Positions 52,207-61,432 of a stretch of 64,000 nt of DNA are shown here, piece after piece. The notes below the pieces were generated by a model that was not told the DNA's origin, made no database searches, and was given only the letters and a program-made list of their open reading frames with translations. This stretch comes from a virus (taxonomy: Duplodnaviria > Caudoviricetes), in the IMG/VR virus record IMGVR_UViG_3300022654_000026, positions 1 through 64,000 of that record; one strand, given 5' to 3'. Each line of letters starts with the position of its first letter. Position 1 is the stretch's first letter. A program made the position numbers and the translations under genes.

Positions 52207-53148
52207 ATGAAGTTGATAGATTTAACTGGTAAACAGTTTGAAAATTTAACTGTTTTATATCGAGGAGAAGATATTATTAAAGACGGAAAGAAAAGAAGAG
52301 TGAGATGGCACTGTAGATGTAATTGCGGAAACGAATTAGATGTTATTGCAGATAATTTAAGCAAGAGGCCAAATATGACGTGTAATGAATGTGCTATTAA
52401 GAGAAGAGCAGAGAAGCAACGAATTAATGTAATTGGTAATAAATATGGTAGGCTTACAATAGTGGAAACTATTCCAAATACGCACCCAACAAAAGTAAAA
52501 TGTATATGTGATTGCGGAAATAAATATATTGGATGGCAGGCAGATATTATTGGAGAGCACACACAATCATGTGGATGTTTGCAAAGAGAAAGGGCTTCAG
52601 AAGCCAATACAAAAGATTGGGCTGGAGTTATTTCTGATCATGGAATCGAGTTTTTATGTCAAGACGTAATGAACGATAAAGGTCAGTGGTTGTGGAAATG
52701 TAGATGTGGAATATGTGGAACCGTGTTTTCAGCGCTGCCCGCTAGGATTAATAATGATCATATCACATCATGCGGTTGTGCATTGCAATCATCGGGAGAA
52801 AGGTTTATTACTAATATATTAGAAGAATTAAATGCAGAGTTTGATACCCAATATTCATTTAGTGATTGTAGAAGCGTAAATGTATTAAGATTTGATTTTG
52901 CGGTTTTTAATAATTCTAATTTATTATATTTAATAGAGTACGATGGTAAACAACATTTTGAACCAATAGATTTATTTGGTGGCATTGAAGGATTTAAAGA
53001 CAGACAAAAACGTGATGCTATTAAGAATAATTATTGTGAAAAATACAACATTCCATTGTTACGCATACCATATACATTTTCTACAGAAGAAATAAAGAAA
53101 ACAATTTATGAATATCATTTATCCGTAACGACTGCAGGATGTGCATAG
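52207..53148 (+). CDS. Intron-encoded homing endonuclease, Vsr/DUF559 (EDxHD-like) nuclease with N-terminal Cys-rich DNA-binding repeats
   Basis: DLTGKQF..LTV, WHCRCNCG, CICDCG, TQSCGC repeats; C-terminal SSGE...RFDFAV...IEYDGKQH...D..KN.YC....LLRIPY; own SD AAGGAGGTG. Confidence 0.85.
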   Translation: MKLIDLTGKQFENLTVLYRGEDIIKDGKKRRVRWHCRCNCGNELDVIADNLSKRPNMTCNECAIKRRAEKQRINVIGNKYGRLTIVETIPNTHPTKVKCICDCGNKYIGWQADIIGEHTQSCGCLQRERASEANTKDWAGVISDHGIEFLCQDVMNDKGQWLWKCRCGICGTVFSALPARINNDHITSCGCALQSSGERFITNILEELNAEFDTQYSFSDCRSVNVLRFDFAVFNNSNLLYLIEYDGKQHFEPIDLFGGIEGFKDRQKRDAIKNNYCEKYNIPLLRIPYTFSTEEIKKTIYEYHLSVTTAGCA

Positions 53149-53332
53149 CAATATGTATATTGAAGTTATCATTTCTATATTTATGGAAATTAATATACAG
53201 TCTGATCTCACACAATAATCTAATGGTGAAATGTGAGAGATAGCCAGAAATGACTATCCGCCATTAATAATGGTCAGTAACGATATTTAGTAAATATATA
53301 CAAAATATATCGTGAAAGTAACAGAAATTTTG

Positions 53333-56300
53333 AACAATTTTGCCATCAGTTCGGATGGTATAGCAACAGCGCTTCAAGATTCAGCAAGCTCATTAATGGC
53401 AGCGAACAACAGCTATGAAGAAGCAGTAGCACTTATAGCGGCTGCTAACAGAGTAGTCCAAGACCCAAATTCTGTAGGCAGTGCCCTGCGTACAATCTCG
53501 CTCCGTCTACGTGGTACAAGCGTTAAGGAGTTAGAAGAAGCCGGAGAAGATACTACAGGCGCAATCACCTCTCAAAGTAAACTTCGCGGAAAAATTAAAT
53601 CCCTGTCCGGTGTCGATATTCTAACCGATACTGGCGCATATAAGAGTACATACGACATCTTACTCGAAATCTCCAAAGTCTGGAAAGACATATCGGACAT
53701 TGACCAAGCTGCATTACTGGAAATCCTTGCAGGCAAAAACCGTGCGAACACTGCTGCCGCGATCCTTTCCAACACAAAAGACTTAGAAGAAGCATATGCA
53801 TCCGCCATGGAAGCCGAAGGCAGCGCATGGGAAGAGAATGAAAAATACCTTGATTCTATCCAAGGTCGTATAGACTTATTCACTAACTCTGTCCAGACTA
53901 TGTGGAGCAATGCATTGGATAGTGATTTGGTAAAAATCATTGTTGATGTTGGCACTGGTCTTATTAACGTCGTTGACCAACTTGGACTAGTTAAAACTCT
54001 GATTTTCACTATTGGCACTTATCTAATCCAAAAGCACTTTAATGGAGACTTATTTGGTGGTCTATTTGGTGAAAGCATAGCTGATATGAAGTCTCATCTG
54101 AAGACACTGGAAGATGAGCTTAAAACAGCAGAAGCAAAATATAAAAAGAATCCAAATAAGAAAAATGCAAAACGCTTTGATCAATCAAAACAACAATATG
54201 AAAAATACAAGAAGGCTGTTGAACCGCAAATAGAAGAATATGACAACTTAGAAAAGAAACTCAAATCATTAAAAGATACAAGACAGTCTCTTTCTGATGA
54301 ACTGACAAACAGTCAGGCTCAGGAAGAATTTGCCGCAGCGAGAATGGCCGCTGGTTATGAGAATGCTGCAAAAGAGCTTGATAATGCTAGCGCAAATACG
54401 AAAAAATTGGAAGGTCAAATCACACAATTAGACCAAGAGATCATTAACACAGATGTCGAATTAAAGAAAGTCGAAAAGCAAGCAAATGCAACTGGTACTG
54501 CTGGACTTACTGCTGGACAGAAATTTAAAGCAGGATTCAAAACTGCTTGGAGTTCTGTAACGAAATTTGGCAAAGAAATACTCAAGTCGATGGCCTACTC
54601 AATGGCTATGACGGCAGTTCTTGAATCAATCGCCATTATTGGTGGTTGGATTGGTGATGCTTGGGATGCTTTTAAGCCAAAAACGTTCGAAGATTTACAA
54701 GAAGAATTAGAACAAACCGAAAGCGAAATATCTAACGTTGAATCTGAAATCCGCAACTTAAACTCTGAATTAGACGATACTAACGAGAGAATTGAAGAGT
54801 TAACAAGTAAAGGTTCTCTGTCTTATGTCGAACAAGAAGAATTATCAAGGCTCAAGTCTGCAACGGCAGAACTCGAAGCACAAATCGCTCTTAAAAAGAC
54901 ACTTCAAGATAGCAAACAGGCTGCAGCAAATGGCCAGGCGGTAGCTGCTAATGAGGCATATCTGAATACTAGCTTTATGAGCGACCAAACGAAAACCGAA
55001 AGACAAGAAAAAAAGGGAGAAACCGGCGAAGAAATTGGTAAAGTAGCTGGTACAGTAATTGGCGCACTAGTTGCTGCCGCCATTATTACGGCCTCTGGAG
55101 GTACTTTAACTCCGGTGGCTTTAGCAGCTGGAGCAGGCATAGGTAATATGTTGGGTGGACCTCTTGGTAAGATTACCGGAGAGGCCATAGCAGGTGCTTC
55201 CTATGATTCTGAGCAAACCGTTGGCGAAGCAATGGACAATATGATCGCCACTCGTAAAGAGCTCAAGAAAGCTCAAGACGAAGCTCTTGCTGATAGAGAC
55301 ACAGAAGCATATAATGAGGCAACAGAAGCATTAACTACATATGATAATCAGATGGCAAAACACATTTCTCAGATTCAAGCAAATTACAATGCCATGGATT
55401 GGGAAACTGCAACAGAAGAGCAGAAGAAGGAAATGATGGAGTATGCTGACTGGTTAAGCAGGTATAGCATCTCTATGGGCACTACCGGCGCAAAATCTAG
55501 TGCTATTGAGCGTATATTTGGTGGTGCTGAAGCAAGCCAAGAGTTAAAAGACATTGATCAGCAAATCAAAAATACCATTGCATCTGGTAAAGAGGTTGAT
55601 TTCCACGAGATATTCAATGATGATAGTCTTGCAGAAACAAAACAACGACTTTACGACATGGGCCTAACCGTTACCGATCTTAAATATTATTATTTAGATT
55701 GGAAAGAAGCAGAAGAAGACGTTGAGGGCGCTACATATAATGTTGTTCAATCTGTGAGTGCTCTTTCTGATGGTATAGGTGCTTTAAAGGATGCTTTCGG
55801 TGAGTTTAAAGAAGAAGGCATGGTAACTGCTGACACTTTGGTCGCTTTGTACGATACATTTGGATCTCTTGGTGATGCATGGGATAATTATGTTGATATA
55901 ATGGCGACAGGTACTTCCTCAACCAAAGATGCTCAAAAGGCGACAGAAGAATTGCTTGAGGCGTTTATGAATGCACGTCTTGATAAAGGTCCAATCACTG
56001 ATATAAAAGATTACCTTTCTCTAATTGGCCAGTTGCAAAGTCTTGGTGTTACTAATGCAAAGGGTTATGTTGATGCGCTTCAAAGAGCATCAATGATATC
56101 TGGAATTGGTAAGGCCGTTGTTAATGATAAAAATGAAGATGGGAAAACTCAGGACGAGCTGATCCGACAATACACGCAACAGTATGAAGAACAGTATGGC
56201 ATCACACTATCCGATGAAGAAAGATTGGCCATCGAAAAAGCTATTACCGCTGAAAAAGCTAAACAAGCTGCAACCGAAGCCGCTAAAAAGCATAGTGAAC

Positions 56301-59300
56301 ATGAAAAAGCAGTGTATGAAAAAGAAAAGGCAGAAGAAGCACTGCAAAACGCGCAATCCGAATTAGAAAAGGTCAAATCAGAAGGAGAAACTAAGAAAGT
56401 TTCAGAAGTAGGATCAGAGCTTAATGACGGCGGCAGTTTAAGTATTTGGTCCTATAATGGCGAATATTATACAGATGGGAATACTGAGGTACAGTATGTA
56501 GATCCAAAAGTTGTTAAAGAAGCGGAAAAGGCTGTTAAAGAAGCGGAAGAGAAAGTTGGAAGTATTGATGTTCCTGTTGATGTGAATGTCGATGATGCAG
56601 AAAAAAAAGCAAAAGATGCGGAAGATACATACCAACAGGCACTAGATAATATGGGGCTTACTCTCCAGATAGAGTTAATAAATGCAGAACAAGCTGTTGA
56701 TGATATTCAAAGCGTCTATGACGCCCTGATGGATGCTGCCACGGAATATAACGAAAAGGGCTACTTCTCTGTCGATACACTTCAGTCACTATTGTCACTT
56801 GAGCCAAAATATTTGACCATGCTTATGAATGAGCAGGGTCAATTGGAGTTCAATAAACAGGCAATATTAAATGTTGCCCAAGCTCGTATATTCGATATGA
56901 CTCAGAAGCAAATTGATAGTATTATCACAAATGCTTCTAATGCTGCAAAAAATGGTGAAATTGATAAACTAGATGAGTTGACAAGTGCACTGTATGGCGC
57001 AGCAGATGCTAGACACGCATTTAATATTTCTGGAATGGCAGAGCTAAGAACTAATTTAGCTAACCCGGAACTTGGTTTATCTCAGGCAGAACAAGATAGT
57101 TATTATAATTCTATTCAGTCACAAATTGAAGCCGCTATTGCTGCTTATGAGCACACTATATCAAATTTACCAAAAGCACTTTATGGCGGAGGAAGTTCTA
57201 CATCTGGTGACCCAGACGAAAATGCTGCCTTAGAAGCCCTCCAAAAGAAATATGAGCGTCAAATCGAAAACCTTGATAATCAGCAAACATACATTGAAAA
57301 CGAAATAGAAAAGCTTGAAGCAGAAGAAGAGGGTGTCTCAAAGTCATATTATGAGAAGCAGATAAAACTAGAACAAGACAAAATTGATCTATACGAACAA
57401 GAGCGAGAAGCATTGAAAAAGTTGGATATGACCGACGAAGTTGCTGCCGCTCTTTGGGAAGTAGAGCATGCCATCCAAGAATCTACTCTTCGAATGATTG
57501 AGTTCCGCAAGTCTATCATTGAACTATATAATACTGCTTTTGAGAATATTGGAGAAAAGTTCGACGATAAAGGCCAACTTATAGACGATGCAAAGTCATA
57601 CCTTGAGGGATATATGGATCTGTTCGACATACAGGGAGAACTGGCTCATCCTGATATGTATGATGATCTTATTGCAAAAGAACAAGAAGACAGACAGAAC
57701 AATGTTGATAAATTAGCTGCGCAACAAGAACTGTATGATCAATTTATGAATTCTGCAAATCCGTTTGAAGAGGGCTCTGAAAAGGCAAAACAATATGAAG
57801 AAGATAGAAATGCAGCTGCTATTAAAATGCAAGCAGATATGCATCAAACTGAACTGGATATTCTTGAAAACGACAAAGCTTTGGCTCAATTCAACGAAGA
57901 CCTAAAGAATCTTTATCTTGAAGGCTGGGATAAGGTAAGAGAGGCATTTGACAATAAGGGTTCCTTTATTGATAACCAGCTTGGTTATATCGAATCTTAC
58001 ATCAGCAGACTTGAGACGCTCAATATTGACGTCCCAGAAAGTGCATATGATGAAATGATTGCAAGACAACGTGCTCGCAATGCAGATAATCAAAATCAGC
58101 TTAATTGGGAATATGAAGAGTTAGAACGACTCAAGAGGGAAGTAGGAGAAGACGATGAGCAATATCATGCAAAACTACTTGAAGTAGCTCAGCTTGAAAC
58201 CGAAACTTATGAGGGACAAACCAAGGTTCTTGAATGGGAACAGAAGATTCTTGATAGTAGATTTGAGAAATTCGAACAGCTTATCGGCAGAATTGATGAT
58301 TCTATCAATGAGTTAAATAATATCTCAGATTTAATGTCCGATGATGATGTCGCATATGAAGATGGCTCCTGGACAGCAGAAGGTATCTCTCGTGCAGGAT
58401 TAGCATTCCAAGAGATGGAAATGCAAAAGCAGGTAATAGAAGAATGTAATGAACAATTAGAGGAACAGAAGAGACTGCTTGATGCGGGAGAAATTTCTCA
58501 GGACAAATACTACGAGAATACACAGGCAATTAAGGATGCACAATGGTCTGCAATCAAAGCATACGAGGCGGCAGAAGATGCAATTATTGATTTGAATGAA
58601 GCTCGCATCGATATGATAGAAGAGGGTATGAATAAAGAAATCGAGGCATATCAAGAATTAATTGATTTGAAGAAAGAAGAACTTGACGCCGAAAGAGATC
58701 TTTATAACTTCAGAAAAGATATCCAGAAGCAGACAAAGGACATTAGCACCCTTGAAAGACGAATTGCTTCTATGTCTGGTAGTACGGACGCTGCAACAAT
58801 AGCAGAGAGAATCAAGCTCGAAGCGGAATTGCGAGACGCCAGAGAAGGGTTAGATGATACTTATTATAATCACGCGATGGATTCTCAGGCAAAGGCTCTT
58901 GACGATGAGATGGAGTCTTTTGAAAAGAGTAAAATGGATTATCTTGAAAACCTTAGAGAATCTATTAAGGAAACGGATTTGGTTGTTGAGCAAACATATC
59001 AGAACGTTATGGCGAATGCTGACGTTGTTCTTGATACGTTGGTAAACCTGTCCACAGAAAAAGGCTTTACCATAAACGAAAACCTTATTAATCCATGGAT
59101 AAATGCATCGACCGAATCTGTTATATTTAAGAACACTGTGCATGATGGTGTGCTTAGTTTGATTAACGAAAGTGGCGTAATTACCCTGTTCGGACAAAAT
59201 GCTCCTGGTTTGTTGTCTAGTGCTTTTGGTGCTGGCTCTGGTGCGGCATGGAAATTTAAGACCGACGTAGAATCATATGTTGGTTTGATTAAGAATTTCT

Positions 59301-60256
59301 TGACTACCGAATCTCCTGAGCTGCAGAAATATATAGATCAGCCGTGGAAAAATCCTACAAAAGAGAATGGATCTGTGATTACATTTTCTGATAAGGTAAA
59401 AGAGTTGTTGGAAAAAGCTGTAGCAGACGCAAAGAGCAAACAAGAAGGTCAATATGGTACCTTAGAGGGCATCCTTAAGAGCCCGTGGGATAACGCTCAA
59501 AGCGCTATAACTAATTGGTATTTACACGTTGAGCAAAAGCTAAATGATGCTCTAACAAAGGCAAGAAATATAGGAGCAGAGATTGAAAAAGAACTTACCA
59601 TAACTACTCCGAATTATATTGGCAATGGTAAGGACAGTGATGGCGGAGGATATAATCCTGGTGGTGGATGGAAAACTGTAACCGCATCGCTGAAAACGGC
59701 GTTAGGAACATTTACGGCTATGGGGTATGGTACAGAGAGTCAGGCAAAATCTAATGCCAAAGAAGATGTTATATCCCAGGCATATAGATATTATAAATCT
59801 AAGGGATACAGAGATGAACACTTAGAAAAGGTCTATAGAAAAATGTGGGATCAGAATGTTACCTTTTATGCCAAAGGTACCCTCGGTACCAAAAAAGACG
59901 ACTGGGCTATCACCGACGAAATCGGTGACGAGCTTGTTATGTATGCAACTCCACAGGGTACTTTGTCCTATATGAGGGCTGGATCTACTGTTGTTCCAGC
60001 GGATATCACTGAAAACTTGATTGAGTGGGGAAAACTTAATCCTAATATGGATAGCACTTCTACCGCTGTTCATGGTGTCAACTTGATGAGCAATGTGATT
60101 AATAAACCAGAAACGAATTTAACATTTGATAGCTTGTTGCATATTGATAATTGTAGCAAAGAAGTCATCCCCGAAGTAAAGAAGATTATAACAGAACAAC
60201 TAGAAAACTTTACAAGAAAATTGAATTATAATTTGAAAAGAGTAGGAAGCACATAA
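53333..60256 (+). CDS. Tape measure protein, exon 2 (2307 aa; spliced total ~5596 aa)
   Basis: NNFAISS...VQDPNSVGSALRTISLRLRG...KSTYDIL...LAGKNRAN TMP core; hydrophobic segments; C-terminal YAKGT...E.G.EL. Confidence 0.85.
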   Translation, partial: NNFAISSDGIATALQDSASSLMAANNSYEEAVALIAAANRVVQDPNSVGSALRTISLRLRGTSVKELEEAGEDTTGAITSQSKLRGKIKSLSGVDILTDTGAYKSTYDILLEISKVWKDISDIDQAALLEILAGKNRANTAAAILSNTKDLEEAYASAMEAEGSAWEENEKYLDSIQGRIDLFTNSVQTMWSNALDSDLVKIIVDVGTGLINVVDQLGLVKTLIFTIGTYLIQKHFNGDLFGGLFGESIADMKSHLKTLEDELKTAEAKYKKNPNKKNAKRFDQSKQQYEKYKKAVEPQIEEYDNLEKKLKSLKDTRQSLSDELTNSQAQEEFAAARMAAGYENAAKELDNASANTKKLEGQITQLDQEIINTDVELKKVEKQANATGTAGLTAGQKFKAGFKTAWSSVTKFGKEILKSMAYSMAMTAVLESIAIIGGWIGDAWDAFKPKTFEDLQEELEQTESEISNVESEIRNLNSELDDTNERIEELTSKGSLSYVEQEELSRLKSATAELEAQIALKKTLQDSKQAAANGQAVAANEAYLNTSFMSDQTKTERQEKKGETGEEIGKVAGTVIGALVAAAIITASGGTLTPVALAAGAGIGNMLGGPLGKITGEAIAGASYDSEQTVGEAMDNMIATRKELKKAQDEALADRDTEAYNEATEALTTYDNQMAKHISQIQANYNAMDWETATEEQKKEMMEYADWLSRYSISMGTTGAKSSAIERIFGGAEASQELKDIDQQIKNTIASGKEVDFHEIFNDDSLAETKQRLYDMGLTVTDLKYYYLDWKEAEEDVEGATYNVVQSVSALSDGIGALKDAFGEFKEEGMVTADTLVALYDTFGSLGDAWDNYVDIMATGTSSTKDAQKATEELLEAFMNARLDKGPITDIKDYLSLIGQLQSLGVTNAKGYVDALQRASMISGIGKAVVNDKNEDGKTQDELIRQYTQQYEEQYGITLSDEERLAIEKAITAEKAKQAATEAAKKHSEHEKAVYEKEKAEEALQNAQSELEKVKSEGETKKVSEVGSELNDGGSLSIWSYNGEYYTDGNTEVQYVDPKVVKEAEKAVKEAEEKVGSIDVPVDVNVDDAEKKAKDAEDTYQQALDNMGLTLQIELINAEQAVDDIQSVYDALMDAATEYNEKGYFSVDTLQSLLSLEPKYLTMLMNEQGQLEFNKQAILNVAQARIFDMTQKQIDSIITNASNAAKNGEIDKLDELTSALYGAADARHAFNISGMAELRTNLANPELGLSQAEQDSYYNSIQSQIEAAIAAYEHTISNLPKALYGGGSSTSGDPDENAALEALQKKYERQIENLDNQQTYIENEIEKLEAEEEGVSKSYYEKQIKLEQDKIDLYEQEREALKKLDMTDEVAAALWEVEHAIQESTLRMIEFRKSIIELYNTAFENIGEKFDDKGQLIDDAKSYLEGYMDLFDIQGELAHPDMYDDLIAKEQEDRQNNVDKLAAQQELYDQFMNSANPFEEGSEKAKQYEEDRNAAAIKMQADMHQTELDILENDKALAQFNEDLKNLYLEGWDKVREAFDNKGSFIDNQLGYIESYISRLETLNIDVPESAYDEMIARQRARNADNQNQLNWEYEELERLKREVGEDDEQYHAKLLEVAQLETETYEGQTKVLEWEQKILDSRFEKFEQLIGRIDDSINELNNISDLMSDDDVAYEDGSWTAEGISRAGLAFQEMEMQKQVIEECNEQLEEQKRLLDAGEISQDKYYENTQAIKDAQWSAIKAYEAAEDAIIDLNEARIDMIEEGMNKEIEAYQELIDLKKEELDAERDLYNFRKDIQKQTKDISTLERRIASMSGSTDAATIAERIKLEAELRDAREGLDDTYYNHAMDSQAKALDDEMESFEKSKMDYLENLRESIKETDLVVEQTYQNVMANADVVLDTLVNLSTEKGFTINENLINPWINASTESVIFKNTVHDGVLSLINESGVITLFGQNAPGLLSSAFGAGSGAAWKFKTDVESYVGLIKNFLTTESPELQKYIDQPWKNPTKENGSVITFSDKVKELLEKAVADAKSKQEGQYGTLEGILKSPWDNAQSAITNWYLHVEQKLNDALTKARNIGAEIEKELTITTPNYIGNGKDSDGGGYNPGGGWKTVTASLKTALGTFTAMGYGTESQAKSNAKEDVISQAYRYYKSKGYRDEHLEKVYRKMWDQNVTFYAKGTLGTKKDDWAITDEIGDELVMYATPQGTLSYMRAGSTVVPADITENLIEWGKLNPNMDSTSTAVHGVNLMSNVINKPETNLTFDSLLHIDNCSKEVIPEVKKIITEQLENFTRKLNYNLKRVGST

Positions 60257-60263
60257 GATTATT

Positions 60264-60301
60264 GTAGTAATGGGAGGAGAGTAATCTCCTCCTTTTACTA
60301 C
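60264..60301 (+). terminator. Long hairpin after the tape measure gene
   Basis: GTAGTAA..GGAGGAGA-gtaa-TCTCCTCC..TTACTAC. Confidence 0.55.
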
Positions 60302-60335
60302 GCTATTATGAAGTAGTTTAAGGAAGGTGATTTAA

Positions 60336-61421
60336 ATGATCGTTCCTCATCGAATAAAATTTCGAGATAAATTCAATACAGACTTTGATTTAATATGCGG
60401 CGCTTCCTTCGAGGGAGAAAGTGGCAACGTTGAATCATTTTTTAACAAAGAAACAACATCGTCCAATTTATACGATGGATCTAGAAGAAATGTACATGGT
60501 TATCGATATACAGACGTTATGAATGTGAATATCACACTGATACACCAGGATTATAGAGAAATAACTATGTATGAGAATCGAAAAATTATCTCATGGCTTA
60601 CTGGAAGTAATACGGTAGAAGAACTAACCGTATATCAAGACGACAGCGAAGTTATTAGTTATAGACTAATTGGAAATATAGTCGGCGTTGAACAGTACAA
60701 AAACACAAACGGAAGTATCATAGGATATATTATTACTTTTGAAAACATATCTCCGTATGCATTCTCTCCGGTAAAAACACTAACAAAAACAATTACGGCA
60801 GAAGACAATGAGATTGTAATTAATTGCCGTACAGATGTATATGAAAAACCATTATATCCTAAAATTCAAGTGACAATTGGAGATTCTATATATTTGCCCA
60901 TAAACAAAGATCCAATGGCAGAAACATATGAAATGCTGGACAATACTGTATATAAATATAATGATAAATATTATGTGAAAGTAAATGACGGAAAGCGCGA
61001 AATAAAAGTCTTTGCAACAAATATTGAAGATCAAGGACTTGATGGTAGTATGGTTGGTAGTTATTATCTTTGCATTACAGATAGATACATATATCAGTGT
61101 ATTATAAATGAAAGTGGTCTTCCTGCATGGCAGAAGATAACAAAAGTCGGTGCTGGATTTGAGATTAAAAATACTTATTATGAAAACGGTCAAGATATAA
61201 CAGCCTCATCTGTGGTAACTGATTGCTATGAAAACGAGGTTATTACCATAGATGCAGATAATCGCATGATTGCAAGTTCCGAAACGCCTATGCGTATAAT
61301 TGGAGACTCATTCAACTGGGAATGGGTTTATTTTGTTCCCGGAGAAAACCACATTACCGTTGCCGGAGATTGCACAATAACTTTCCAATGGGTTGAACCA
61401 ATTAAAGTTGGAAATGTATAA
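60336..61421 (+). CDS. Distal tail protein (Dit-like) with a probable inserted domain
   Basis: Follows the TMP; ISWLTG, SPYAFS, LYPKI and FNWEW..F.PGENHITV.G motifs. Confidence 0.7.
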   Translation: MIVPHRIKFRDKFNTDFDLICGASFEGESGNVESFFNKETTSSNLYDGSRRNVHGYRYTDVMNVNITLIHQDYREITMYENRKIISWLTGSNTVEELTVYQDDSEVISYRLIGNIVGVEQYKNTNGSIIGYIITFENISPYAFSPVKTLTKTITAEDNEIVINCRTDVYEKPLYPKIQVTIGDSIYLPINKDPMAETYEMLDNTVYKYNDKYYVKVNDGKREIKVFATNIEDQGLDGSMVGSYYLCITDRYIYQCIINESGLPAWQKITKVGAGFEIKNTYYENGQDITASSVVTDCYENEVITIDADNRMIASSETPMRIIGDSFNWEWVYFVPGENHITVAGDCTITFQWVEPIKVGNV

Positions 61422-61432
61422 GGAGGTAGGTT

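Larger units (their letters stand above)
52092..53332 (+). mobile_element. Group I intron with homing endonuclease ORF, 1241 nt
   Basis: P1 GGGU|.../GCCC; P3 GAUAAC/GUUAUC; P4 UCGGU/ACCGA; R CCGUAACGACUG and S AUAUACAGUC (P7 GACUG/CAGUC); P8 and P9 stems; terminal G 53332; splicing gives LNEVG|NNFAISS in frame. Confidence 0.92.

Noticed and set aside
53312-53332. GTG start for an independent 2314-aa protein
   Set aside because: No SD, it lies in the intron 3' end, and splicing restores a continuous TMP motif
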